From contig OZ242186.1 of NCBI GenBank assembly GCA_965205675.1, positions 1,920,001-1,984,000 on the forward strand: a stretch of 64,000 bases of DNA, read 5' to 3'. The position numbers were made by a program, and so were the translations under genes. Of the stretch, positions 41,236 through 50,899 are shown in pieces (within the stretch, counting starts at the first letter, position 1; each line of letters opens with the position of its first letter). The notes beneath the pieces were generated by a model. The model was not told the DNA's origin and made no database searches. It worked only from the letters and a program-made list of their open reading frames with translations. Source of the DNA: Nitrosopumilus sp. (GTDB lineage: Archaea > Thermoproteota > Nitrososphaeria > Nitrososphaerales > Nitrosopumilaceae).

Positions 41236-43361
41236 GATGTTGGTTTGTATTCTTTATTAATTTCATAGACAAAAACTCCTAACATAGGTCCAATTTTTTC
41301 TTCAGTAAAGCCAGGAGAAGCATAAACTAATCTCAATGGTCCATCACCATCAGATGGGAATTTGATGTCTTTTTCATAAATTCCAACCATTCCAGGAACA
41401 TATGTTTTAGATTGTTGATTCAAGTTATTTGGGTTAATATATCCAAGTGGAGAAAATGGGAACATTTTACCTAGTACAGTTTCATTCCAAAAATGATCAG
41501 TTCCACTTAGTCCATCTGCATGTAGATATTTGGATGCAGAGTACTTTGCTATTTTGATAAACCATTGTTTTTTAGATTCATCGCCTCCGCCACCTAATCG
41601 GTAAAGAGATTCAGTTTCAACTATGTCTAGTTTTTCACCCACAACAAAAACAAGGACATAATCAGCTTTCATATCATTAAGCATATTCCATGCTGAATCT
41701 GGATCACTTAGAAACATTTTTGCTATATTTTCAATAATATAACTATGAATTGTTGAGTTATCTGTCAATGTTGCTCTATCACTCATTGTAGAAAGCCAAT
41801 AACCATAATCCCACCAAGACGCAATAACGGAATCTTTAGGAGTGTTATTTTTGATCCAATCTAGGGTATCAACCCAATCATTAGTGGCAACTCGATAGAC
41901 AGATCCTCCATTCAAAATTGTAGGAGTTGAATCTACTAGATTGTAAGTTTCTGAACCAACAGGATATATCATTGGAATCATTAAAAGAATAATAATCCCT
42001 GTAATGTATGGTAATTGTATAAATTTACTAATAGACTTGGTAGGTGATGTATTTTTGAACAGTTCTTTTATTAGTATAGTCAAACCTAATGAAGCTAAAA
42101 TTATTAATGAAATAGATGCAAATACTTCTAATCTGACAAAAGTAGAACCAACATAAACTCCTACAAGTCCAATGATAAGTGAAAAAGCCAACATATCATT
42201 TTTAATAAAAGATAAGTTTTTGTTTTGAATATTTTTAATTATCAACCAAACACCTAAACCTGAAAAAATCATCAACACAGAGTTAAACAAAAATGATTGA
42301 GATAATGTTGTTGTTGCATGTTCTGAAACAGAATCTACTAGTGGATCAGTAGTAGTCAAAAATGGGTTTATCGCATTAAGATATCTATGACTTGGTAAAA
42401 AGTCAGAATCAGAATTTAGTATTAATATGCTAGAAGATATAATTAAAATTACAAGTAAAAATAATAAACCATTTCTTATTTTATGATTTGAACTCTTCTT
42501 TTGTATAAAAATGCAAGATATCAAAAATAATGTAGGAAGTATTAATGAAACCCCACCTAATCCAAAAATGAAATTAGAGCTTACACGTTCAAATCCTAAA
42601 CCAGATATAATTACAGAAATAGTATATACTGGTATAGCCCATAAAATAAATTTATGATCAGTTCTCAAAAAAGGCAATGCCAAAAAGAAGATACCTATTG
42701 GAATAATAAAGAATTGATTACCACCCCAAGCAGAAATAGAAAACGCTGTAAATATTCCTGCCCCAATTAGTTTAGATAATGCTATTTTTTTATTTTGAGA
42801 AGTAATTCCACTTAATAGAAGATAGACTGTTAAAAGACTAAAAAATAATCCCAAAGGTTCTGATTTAAACCATCCAATAGGGCCTCTAAGTAATATTGAA
42901 AATGAAATAGAAAACAATAGAGCAGAAAATAATCCAGCAGTAGTACCACCAATCACTCTAACTAATGCAAAAATAACAATAGCTGAAAAAGAGCCAAAAA
43001 TTATTGGAAATAAGATTGTAAAATCATAAAGATCTATTCCTCCTCCAAAAATCCAGTATGTTATAGCTGCTGTTAGATGAAGTATTACTTGAGAAGTTGC
43101 AGAGATATCTCTGCCGATAGGATACCAGCTAAGATCATCATTCCATTCAAAATATGCAGGAATACCATTATCTACAATATACTGAGTTGCTCTATAATTG
43201 AAAAAAGGATCAAATTCATTTAATTCAAAGCCATGATCAGCAGGCTGAGAGCGAAGAAGAAATGAAATAGTAAATGATAAACTGAGAATTCCAATAATTA
43301 AAAGATGATTTAATTTTAAATCAAAACTACCAATAGTAACGAGTTTCGTATTTGTTAACAA
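41232..43361 (-). CDS. aglB: Oligosaccharyltransferase AglB (STT3)
   Basis: EFDPFFNYR, SVSEH, SWWDYGYW, DNST; multiple TM helices. Confidence 0.93.
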   Translation of the reverse strand: MLTNTKLVTIGSFDLKLNHLLIIGILSLSFTISFLLRSQPADHGFELNEFDPFFNYRATQYIVDNGIPAYFEWNDDLSWYPIGRDISATSQVILHLTAAITYWIFGGGIDLYDFTILFPIIFGSFSAIVIFALVRVIGGTTAGLFSALLFSISFSILLRGPIGWFKSEPLGLFFSLLTVYLLLSGITSQNKKIALSKLIGAGIFTAFSISAWGGNQFFIIPIGIFFLALPFLRTDHKFILWAIPVYTISVIISGLGFERVSSNFIFGLGGVSLILPTLFLISCIFIQKKSSNHKIRNGLLFLLVILIISSSILILNSDSDFLPSHRYLNAINPFLTTTDPLVDSVSEHATTTLSQSFLFNSVLMIFSGLGVWLIIKNIQNKNLSFIKNDMLAFSLIIGLVGVYVGSTFVRLEVFASISLIILASLGLTILIKELFKNTSPTKSISKFIQLPYITGIIILLMIPMIYPVGSETYNLVDSTPTILNGGSVYRVATNDWVDTLDWIKNNTPKDSVIASWWDYGYWLSTMSDRATLTDNSTIHSYIIENIAKMFLSDPDSAWNMLNDMKADYVLVFVVGEKLDIVETESLYRLGGGGDESKKQWFIKIAKYSASKYLHADGLSGTDHFWNETVLGKMFPFSPLGYINPNNLNQQSKTYVPGMVGIYEKDIKFPSDGDGPLRLVYASPGFTEEKIGPMLGVFVYEINKEYKPTS

Positions 43362-43427
43362 CTAATATTTTTCAAAAAAACTTTTGTTTATTATTCTTTG
43401 TATAAAAAATTACAAGCTCATTACAAA

Positions 43428-43880
43428 CTAGGGAGCATATCTTCCTTGAAGTAATGTTTCTGCGATAATATGGTTTTTCATTACGGATTCAATTTCTTGT
43501 TTAGTAGAGCCTTTATTAATAAATAATTTTTGATCTAGTGCATATAGTTTGAAAATATACGTATGTTCTTTATCAGGTGGTGCAGGTCCACCATAACCAA
43601 TATCATCAAAATCTGTTTTGCCTTCAATACAACCAGATGGGACGGAATTTTCTTTAAATTCAGAATTTTTTGGATCTATGTTCCATACAACCCAATGAAC
43701 CCAAATTTTGCCAACAGCAGCCATCGCATCAGGATCATCCATTATTAAAACAAGAGAAACAGTATTTTTAGGAATTTTATTTACTTGTAAAGGTGGACTA
43801 ATGTTTCCATGTTTATATCCATATTTTTGAGGAATAATTTCTCCATTTTGAAATACCTTACTTGTTAAGCTTAAAGTCAT
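43428..43880 (-). CDS. YbhB/YbcL family PEBP protein
   Basis: NISPPL, MDDPDA, WVHWVVWNI, GYGGPAPP, HTYIFKLYALD. Confidence 0.92.
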   Translation of the reverse strand: MTLSLTSKVFQNGEIIPQKYGYKHGNISPPLQVNKIPKNTVSLVLIMDDPDAMAAVGKIWVHWVVWNIDPKNSEFKENSVPSGCIEGKTDFDDIGYGGPAPPDKEHTYIFKLYALDQKLFINKGSTKQEIESVMKNHIIAETLLQGRYAP

Positions 43881-43914
43881 ACTATAGCGTAAAATATGTT
43901 GAAATTAAATATTT

Positions 43915-44283
43915 CTAAGATTCTAAAACAATTTTGTTGTTTGAAAAGGACATTATTGAGCTTCCATTGTTTTTAATCTGTTTTTTTAATTCTTTATCCA
44001 TTGTAGCTACAATAACTCTATTTTGGGATACGTAATCAAGTAATTCTTTATCAGCGAAAGAACCAAGTATAGGAATTGTTTTAAAATTTTCAATATAATT
44101 TAATGTTGATTGGACTGCTTGTTTTTTTTCAGAGTTTTTTTCTAATTCAAGTAATTCATTTTTTACAACTTGAGGTATAACAAAAGTAATTTGACCAATC
44201 TCAACATCAAGACTATCTAAATTTTTAATTCTATGTGTAGCTAGATGAATCAGAAAATTTGTATCACAGATTACTTCAACCAA
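43915..44283 (-). CDS. PIN-domain protein (Fcf1/Utp24-like)
   Basis: VICDTNFL, V.NEL, AD, VATMDKELK; usual position after aIF2 gamma; TTG 44283 preferred. Confidence 0.85.
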   Translation of the reverse strand: MVEVICDTNFLIHLATHRIKNLDSLDVEIGQITFVIPQVVKNELLELEKNSEKKQAVQSTLNYIENFKTIPILGSFADKELLDYVSQNRVIVATMDKELKKQIKNNGSSIMSFSNNKIVLES

Positions 44284-45538
44284 CGATTCCTGCACCAATT
44301 AATCGCCATCTTTCAGCAATTCGTCTACTAATTGCAACATTGCCACCTTCAAAAATGCATGCGGGTCTTCTAAGTTCAATTTCAATATTTTTTGATTTGA
44401 TTTTAGTAACTTTACCCAAAACTGGAGCTGTTCCTATGTTTAATCGAAATAATTCTCCAGATGAAATTGGTTGTACTTTAATGTCTTCAGTTGTACCAAC
44501 AGCAGAATCAAACAAGTTTACTTCTAATTTTAACAAAGTGGAATTTTCAGGAAGAGTACCAGGTTTGCCAATAACTGAACCAATAAATGAATCACTTCTA
44601 GTCATAGCAGGATCTAATTTTGTTCCAATAGCTACCAAACCTCCAGGTTTTATTGATTCAACAATTCCTGCAGCAGTTCCTAATGAAGTAATTTCTGTCA
44701 ATAATGGTTCGTATGTTTTTTTCTTTTCATTTATGATTCCAGGTTTAATTTCGATTTCATCACCAATATTAAAAACGCCTTGAGTAAGACTTCCGCCAAT
44801 AACACCACCTTTGATATCTTTTAGTTTGATTCCAGGTTTGTTTACATCAAAAGAACGTAAAACATGCATTACAGTATCAGCTTTTTCATCTCTTTCAGGA
44901 GTTTTGATTGTTGATTCAATTGATCCGATTAATGCATCAATGTTTAATCCAGATTGTGCAGAAATTGGAATTACAGGAGATTTTGCAGCGTGACCTCCTT
45001 TAACAAATTTACTGATTTCTTGATAATTTGTAAGAGCTTCTTGATAAGATAATAAATCTACTTTATTTTGAACTACGACAATTTGTTGAATGCCAAGAGT
45101 TTGAAGTGCCAATAGATGTTCTTTTGTTTGAGGTTTAGGTACTTTCTCATTTGCTGCAGCCAATAACAATGCACCATCCATCAATGCAGAGCCTGAAAGC
45201 ATATTTGCCATAAGACTCTCGTGTCCCGGACTATCTACAAAACTGACAACTCTAGATAATTCACTTTCTTTTCCACAATTATTACATTTTGGAGTTGTGG
45301 AATATCCTAATGGTTCTTTACATTTTTTACATTTGTAAAATGCTGCATCAGAATAACCAACACGAATTGTAATACCGCGTTTTAGTTCTTGACTATGTAC
45401 ACTTGTCCAAGAACCAGTTAAAGCTTGGATTAAAGTGGTTTTTCCATGATCCACATGACCAGCAGTACCAATGTTAACACATGGTTGATAACCATATTTT
45501 TTGATATACCAATCGGGAAGAGTTTCTCTCCAATGCAT
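44276..45538 (-). CDS. eif2g: Translation initiation factor aIF2 gamma
   Basis: NIGTAGHVDHGKTT, RGITIRVGY, DSPGHE, QNKVD, RWRLIGAG. Confidence 0.97.
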   Translation of the reverse strand: MHWRETLPDWYIKKYGYQPCVNIGTAGHVDHGKTTLIQALTGSWTSVHSQELKRGITIRVGYSDAAFYKCKKCKEPLGYSTTPKCNNCGKESELSRVVSFVDSPGHESLMANMLSGSALMDGALLLAAANEKVPKPQTKEHLLALQTLGIQQIVVVQNKVDLLSYQEALTNYQEISKFVKGGHAAKSPVIPISAQSGLNIDALIGSIESTIKTPERDEKADTVMHVLRSFDVNKPGIKLKDIKGGVIGGSLTQGVFNIGDEIEIKPGIINEKKKTYEPLLTEITSLGTAAGIVESIKPGGLVAIGTKLDPAMTRSDSFIGSVIGKPGTLPENSTLLKLEVNLFDSAVGTTEDIKVQPISSGELFRLNIGTAPVLGKVTKIKSKNIEIELRRPACIFEGGNVAISRRIAERWRLIGAGIVG

Positions 45539-45569
45539 GAATCAAAAAATAGAATCGGTATATGTTAAG

Positions 45570-45959
45570 TTATTCTTTTTTATCTTCAGGTTTTTCTTCT
45601 GCAGGAGATTCAACTGGTAATTCCCCATTAAATTTGCAATTTACTTGGTAGATTTCTTCAGATACCGTATTTCCTCGCATGAGTTTTCTTTTTCGTTGTC
45701 CATACTCTGCATCTTGTAAACCAACACCTTTAGAAAGTAAAACTTTTTTTCTTGCAGCACCATGAACATCATTTCTCATAGGAACGCCTGATTTGTCACT
45801 GCCTCCAGTGAGTTTTAATTTTCCAGTTAGTCCAACAACAGATGCATCAGTTTCATTTCCTAATTGTAATCCTAACAAAGGATTAGCATCACTGTCTTTG
45901 AGTTCTTTTGAAATAGATTTTCCTTTAATATCAGATATTGTAAGTTTAAAATTAGCCAA
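45570..45959 (-). CDS. rps6e: 30S ribosomal protein S6e
   Basis: LKLTGGSDKSGVPMR, GQRKRKLMRGN. Confidence 0.95.
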   Translation of the reverse strand: MANFKLTISDIKGKSISKELKDSDANPLLGLQLGNETDASVVGLTGKLKLTGGSDKSGVPMRNDVHGAARKKVLLSKGVGLQDAEYGQRKRKLMRGNTVSEEIYQVNCKFNGELPVESPAEEKPEDKKE

Positions 45960-46033
45960 TTATTCCAAAAAAAAGTTGAACGACTAATTAACCTTTGGAC
46001 ATTATTTTTAAATCAAGATTAACAAAGATAGGC

Positions 46034-46156
46034 ATGGTAGAAGAAATTAGATGTCCAAGGTGTGATAATAAAATGGTAGATATGCAAGCTTGTCATATGT
46101 TTTGTCCGAATTGTGGAGCTCATTTAGATTGTTCAGATAAAGGGAATTATTGGTAA
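46034..46156 (+). CDS. 40-aa CPxCG zinc-finger micro-protein (not in ORF track)
   Basis: MVEEIRCPRCDNKMVDMQACHMFCPNCGAHLDCSDKGNYW*; six Cys plus His. Confidence 0.75.
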   Translation: MVEEIRCPRCDNKMVDMQACHMFCPNCGAHLDCSDKGNYW

Positions 46157-46330
46157 TTAAATACCGGGTCTATCAGGAATATATTCTGACGACATATTGA
46201 TTGCTTGATCTTTCATGATTTCAAGATATGTTTCATAATCTGCTTCAAAATTGCAATGAGGGCATTTTACATTAGTTACATCATCATCTAATACAGCAAC
46301 TTTTTCACACTCAGGGCATCTTGCATCCAT
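46157..46330 (-). CDS. 57-aa zinc-ribbon micro-protein (not in ORF track)
   Basis: MDARCPECEKVAVLDDDVTNVKCPHCNFEADYETYLEIMKDQAINMSSEYIPDRPGI*; CPxC...CPxC. Confidence 0.75.
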   Translation of the reverse strand: MDARCPECEKVAVLDDDVTNVKCPHCNFEADYETYLEIMKDQAINMSSEYIPDRPGI

Positions 46331-46382
46331 ACTTTGAATTATCAGTCAAGATATTTAATCATAGTTGACGAATTTGATTTAA

Positions 46383-46456
46383 GCGGAGTTAGTTTAGTCT
46401 GGTATGACGTCAGCTTCCCAAGCTGAAGGCCGCGGGTTCAAATCCCGCACTCCGCA
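46383..46456 (+). tRNA. tRNA-Gly(CCC)
   Basis: GCGGAGT...TCAGC TTCCCAA GCTGA...GCGGG TTCAAAT CCCGC ACTCCGC A; complete cloverleaf. Confidence 0.95.
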
Positions 46457-47419
46457 TTATAATTCTCTAATCGCTTGTTCTATGATTCCTCTATCAGGAG
46501 CTTTTGGATAATATTTCAAATAATTTTTAAGATCGTCTTTTGCATCAGAATTTTTGTTTTGTTTTTCTCTGAGATAAGCACGATTTTTGTAAATTTTAGC
46601 AGATCTTTTTGAATCAATTTCTATAGCTTTGGTGTAATAATTTTCTGCCTTTTCAAATTCATTAGTTTTAAGATAAAAATTTCCTAGACCATTATAAGTC
46701 AAATATGACTTGTTGTTAATTTCTAAACATTTTTTATAATACTTTATACAATCAGGAGAGTTTTGGGAATTTAACATTGTACCCAATAAATTTAAAGCAG
46801 TCGAATTATTTACATCAATTTCTAGAGCCTGTTTTAATGATTGAAGAGCTTCAGTGATATTTTTTAGAATATTTTGTTTTTCAGAAATAAGACATAATCG
46901 ATTTGCTTTATCATTGGATATATTTTCAAGATTTGTTGATGATAAAATCTCTGATGGTGCTAAAATTATCAATAATTTCCCTTCTTCAGACCATTCTTTT
47001 TCAAAAATATCTTGAGGTATTACTCCTTCTTGCTGTTCACCTTCATGATTACCTTTTTGAATATAATGTAAAATTGTTTTTTCATTTTGATCATATCCAG
47101 TAATTACAGAAGCATGTTGTGTAATTTCAGGAATCCCTGGAAGAATAACAATAGGAGGAATTCCCAAGTCAATAAATTTTTTTAGTTCTGTTATAGACGA
47201 ATGGATTATTCTGCATGTTAAACCATGTCTTTCAGCAATTTCTATTCCTTCAATTAGAATACTACCATCAAATCCAGAATATTTTTTAGCAGATTCTATG
47301 GCTTCAACCATAGGCAAATCAATATTCCAATATTTAGAAATTACATTAATTGGTAATGGGAGACAGATATTTTCATCTTCAACAAGTGGTAAAAATAATT
47401 CATGACTTTCCTCATCCAT
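46457..47419 (-). CDS. C39-like peptidase domain plus C-terminal TPR repeats
   Basis: N-terminal ENICLPLPINVISKYW...GIPPIV...QHASVITGYD pattern; TPR motifs (ALNLLG, TYNGLGNFY..AENYYTKAIEID, YKNRAYL). Confidence 0.7.
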   Translation of the reverse strand: MDEESHELFLPLVEDENICLPLPINVISKYWNIDLPMVEAIESAKKYSGFDGSILIEGIEIAERHGLTCRIIHSSITELKKFIDLGIPPIVILPGIPEITQHASVITGYDQNEKTILHYIQKGNHEGEQQEGVIPQDIFEKEWSEEGKLLIILAPSEILSSTNLENISNDKANRLCLISEKQNILKNITEALQSLKQALEIDVNNSTALNLLGTMLNSQNSPDCIKYYKKCLEINNKSYLTYNGLGNFYLKTNEFEKAENYYTKAIEIDSKRSAKIYKNRAYLREKQNKNSDAKDDLKNYLKYYPKAPDRGIIEQAIREL

Positions 47420-47453
47420 AAAATAAAGAAATTTTGGGAGTTATTAAAATCAA

Positions 47454-47996
47454 TCAAAGAGTGCAGAATTTCTCAATTAAATTATTACCATCTTGACTCA
47501 TTTCAGGATGAAATTGGGTTCCAAAAATTGGTTTTTTCTTATATTGAATAATTTCATATTTACAGTTATTTGATTTAGCAAGTGAGATCAAACTACTAGG
47601 TAATTTTGAGATCTCATAACTATGACTTTCAAATACATCTAAAGAATTGTTGCAAAGGGAATTGTCAGCTATGATCTGAATTGACTCGATTCCTTTTTGA
47701 AGATCAATAGTTTTTCTGATCGTGCCTCCCAATGTTAATGCTAAAATTTCTGCACCATAACAAATTCCTAATAATTTATGATTATTTTTAACACAATATG
47801 TAATGATTTTAGAATTTATTTCGTTAATTTTTTTTTCATTTTTCCTACGTCCAGATAAAATAAAAGAATCATAATTTGAAAGTAAATTCAAGTTTAAAAG
47901 TTGTGGAAGTCGTTTTTCAAATAAGATTTTTTTTTCAATTAAGAAATCAGTTAACTGTTTTGTATAGGTAGAACCATTATCTACAACAAGAAGCAA
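47454..47996 (-). CDS. Type-1 glutamine amidotransferase (GuaAa-like)
   Basis: LVVDNGSTY, ILSG, LGICYGAE, GTQFHPE. Confidence 0.85.
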   Translation of the reverse strand: MLLVVDNGSTYTKQLTDFLIEKKILFEKRLPQLLNLNLLSNYDSFILSGRRKNEKKINEINSKIITYCVKNNHKLLGICYGAEILALTLGGTIRKTIDLQKGIESIQIIADNSLCNNSLDVFESHSYEISKLPSSLISLAKSNNCKYEIIQYKKKPIFGTQFHPEMSQDGNNLIEKFCTL

Positions 47997-50852
47997 TTAG
48001 GTGCCTACCTCAATTGAGACATAATGCATCTCAGAAAGTCCATCTTTTTCAAATATAGTTCCAATGTTAAGATCAGCATCCTCTTGCCACATGAATACTC
48101 TGTCGCTACGTGGTTTTACAAAGTCATCTATGAATTGAGATAAGAACTCTTCAGCATCATTCTGATCATTTTTAGTAAAGAAGAAAAGTTCTCCTTCATT
48201 AAATGACAGTGGAATCTGAATTGATGTAGGTTCAGATATAGAAATGTCGTTTGTTTCAAATATTGACTTTATAATTTCAATTCTCTTAATTCTGTCTAAT
48301 TCAACATAATCATCATCAGCAATAGTGGCAGTGGATGCTACACCGGAAACTTTCTTCAAATATGCTTCAAATGCTTCTTCTTGAGTTTCACCTAAACCAA
48401 CAAAATATTCGCCATTAAATGCAGCACCTACTGCTGCAATTGTTCCTAGTTGTGCAACTACTCCACCAGCTCCTGCAGTGTATACAGGAATAAAGTAAAC
48501 ATCATGATCTCCGACACGATATAGAATGTTATCACCAATTCTTGGATTTCTCAATAATGTCTTTAATTGAGCAAATTCTGGATCTCTATCAAGCGCTTCT
48601 CTTACCGCAGTAGGTCCAATTAATTTAGTCGTAGAATTTAATGGAACTTCATAGAATTGTAAATCTCCTAAATTATCTAAATCATTTTCCACTACCATAT
48701 ATCCAGCAAGATTTCTACCTTCAGAACCTCTTAATTCTAATGATAATAATCCTAAGAATTCTGTTTGTTCAAATCCGGGTGGTTTTGCTTCAACATAATA
48801 GGTATCAAGATTACGAGGAATTTCATAAAATTCGTTAGCTTGGATAAATGTCTCAACATTTGTTACGTGATAGATATTATACATCTCTGTTTTCCAATTA
48901 AATAATTCAACAGGATATCGCATCTGTTCTTCTAACCAAAGAGGTATTGGTACAAACTGATCAGCGTATTGACTTGTAAGCATATCAGTAAAGAAGTCAT
49001 TCCCAGTTTTTAGTAATTGAATATCACCGTTGTAAGAATCAACGAGTGCATATCCTACTAAACGCAAGTATGGATTACCAACAGACCAAGGAACATCACC
49101 TGTGTCAAATCCAATAATTAATGGAATTAGCCAATAAGAATTTTCTCCATCAGTAACAGGGAATAAATCTAATTCTTTTCCAAACAAATCATATAGGAAA
49201 TAAGGATACAGTGTTTGCATTCTATCATGTACGTCTTTGTATCTCATTATATGGACTGATTCACTTGGAAATGAGAGTAAGAAGTTTGGTTCAAATATCC
49301 AACTTAATGGTGGTGGAACATCTAGCCCTCCCAAACCAGCATAAGATACCCCTCCAAGTTCTGCACTAGGACCATCTCTTGAAGTTGGATATCCAGACCA
49401 AGTTTTGTTAAATAATCCTCCCTCACCATAATAAATTTCTCTTTGTTTGAAAAACTCACTACTGTCAACTATTTGTCCATCTGTTGCTTCTAAAGTAAGA
49501 AATCCATTAGGAACATGTGTATAAACAAGATGTTCATTATACCATTCATTACTAGTACTAACAGATGAAGGTAAAATGGGTTCCATTGAGGCAGTCCAAT
49601 ACAGAGTATTATTGAAACGAAGAATATCATTATCTTTAAAATTTACATAAGGAATAAGTCCTATTTCAGGCCTGAGTTTTGCATCAGCTGCATCCCAATC
49701 CCAGACTCGAATTACATCAAGAACATCACTATGTTTGGTTACATAATTGTTAATATTATTTGGAGAAACAGATGTCAATTGAACATCATGAATAGTTTCT
49801 TGAATATTATTTAATTCTCCAAGATAACGATTCACGCCAATCTGTTGGGCAGTGTATGGACCTAAAAATTCAATCTTCTTTGCATCTGCAATACTATTGT
49901 TAACTAATACAACACCAATTACAATAATTGCAATTGCAATGATTGTCAAAAACCTGACATAAACATCTCTCTTAAACATATGAGTTAACACACGAGCTCT
50001 AATTCTGTCAACTATTGAAAATCCAATTAATGCAAATCCAATGACAAGTATACCACCAATGACATATCTTGTATTATAATCAATTTGATCAGTAAAGAAT
50101 AGATTTATTCCTACCCAGATGACACCAATTCCTAAAATTCCTTCAATAGTTGAAACATAATTTAAATATCTAGGTTTACCTTCATTGGAATCTTGTAGAA
50201 AAGATGTGATAACATTAATCATTCTATGAATTCCAACATATAAAACTAAACGAAGTCCAATAGCTGCAAGTAATGGAGGGAGCAATATTACTAAAGCAGG
50301 AATCATTGGAACGACATTTACTGCTGCATAGTTTGGATTGGTATCTGGAGTTACAAAAGGCAAAGTAAACAATGAAGGTAAATTCTCTATTCCTAAGGTA
50401 TTCCCATCAAGAAACGACGTTGCTGCAAATCCAAACATGATATTGGCAAAAAAAGCTCCGAAAAGCAAGATCTTGGTAATTTGCCAGATTGCAAATTGTA
50501 TGGATGATAATTTGTAATCTCTAAAATTTATCAGAGTGTTTGAAATTGGTTGTTGACCGCCATTTCCTAGAAATCTAATTCCGGTACTAATAGCATACCA
50601 AAAAATTGAAGATCTGCCGATAACATTTATTCGAACAAGAGCAATAGCTGACAAAATCACAGTAGAAACAAGTGTGTAATAGAGAGGTTTGGTAAACTGT
50701 TCACCAAACTCAGTGAAATTCATTGATAAAACGACTGCTTGATTTGCCACTAGAGTGAAAATCATTATTCCAAGAAGTGCAACAATGCCTAATTTGATAT
50801 ATTTTCCAGTATTAGGAGGCGGAGCTTGTTTATCAGTAGAAGCGCTATACAA
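47997..50852 (-). CDS. UPF0182-family membrane protein
   Basis: N-terminal multi-TM region, then WYNEHLVYTH..GF, IYYGE, VDSYNGD, RYPVELF, RNLAGYM. Confidence 0.85.
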   Translation of the reverse strand: MYSASTDKQAPPPNTGKYIKLGIVALLGIMIFTLVANQAVVLSMNFTEFGEQFTKPLYYTLVSTVILSAIALVRINVIGRSSIFWYAISTGIRFLGNGGQQPISNTLINFRDYKLSSIQFAIWQITKILLFGAFFANIMFGFAATSFLDGNTLGIENLPSLFTLPFVTPDTNPNYAAVNVVPMIPALVILLPPLLAAIGLRLVLYVGIHRMINVITSFLQDSNEGKPRYLNYVSTIEGILGIGVIWVGINLFFTDQIDYNTRYVIGGILVIGFALIGFSIVDRIRARVLTHMFKRDVYVRFLTIIAIAIIVIGVVLVNNSIADAKKIEFLGPYTAQQIGVNRYLGELNNIQETIHDVQLTSVSPNNINNYVTKHSDVLDVIRVWDWDAADAKLRPEIGLIPYVNFKDNDILRFNNTLYWTASMEPILPSSVSTSNEWYNEHLVYTHVPNGFLTLEATDGQIVDSSEFFKQREIYYGEGGLFNKTWSGYPTSRDGPSAELGGVSYAGLGGLDVPPPLSWIFEPNFLLSFPSESVHIMRYKDVHDRMQTLYPYFLYDLFGKELDLFPVTDGENSYWLIPLIIGFDTGDVPWSVGNPYLRLVGYALVDSYNGDIQLLKTGNDFFTDMLTSQYADQFVPIPLWLEEQMRYPVELFNWKTEMYNIYHVTNVETFIQANEFYEIPRNLDTYYVEAKPPGFEQTEFLGLLSLELRGSEGRNLAGYMVVENDLDNLGDLQFYEVPLNSTTKLIGPTAVREALDRDPEFAQLKTLLRNPRIGDNILYRVGDHDVYFIPVYTAGAGGVVAQLGTIAAVGAAFNGEYFVGLGETQEEAFEAYLKKVSGVASTATIADDDYVELDRIKRIEIIKSIFETNDISISEPTSIQIPLSFNEGELFFFTKNDQNDAEEFLSQFIDDFVKPRSDRVFMWQEDADLNIGTIFEKDGLSEMHYVSIEVGT

Positions 50853-50899
50853 AACTGAATTTTCTTTGGATTCGGTAAATTAATGTCTTACCTGTAAAA

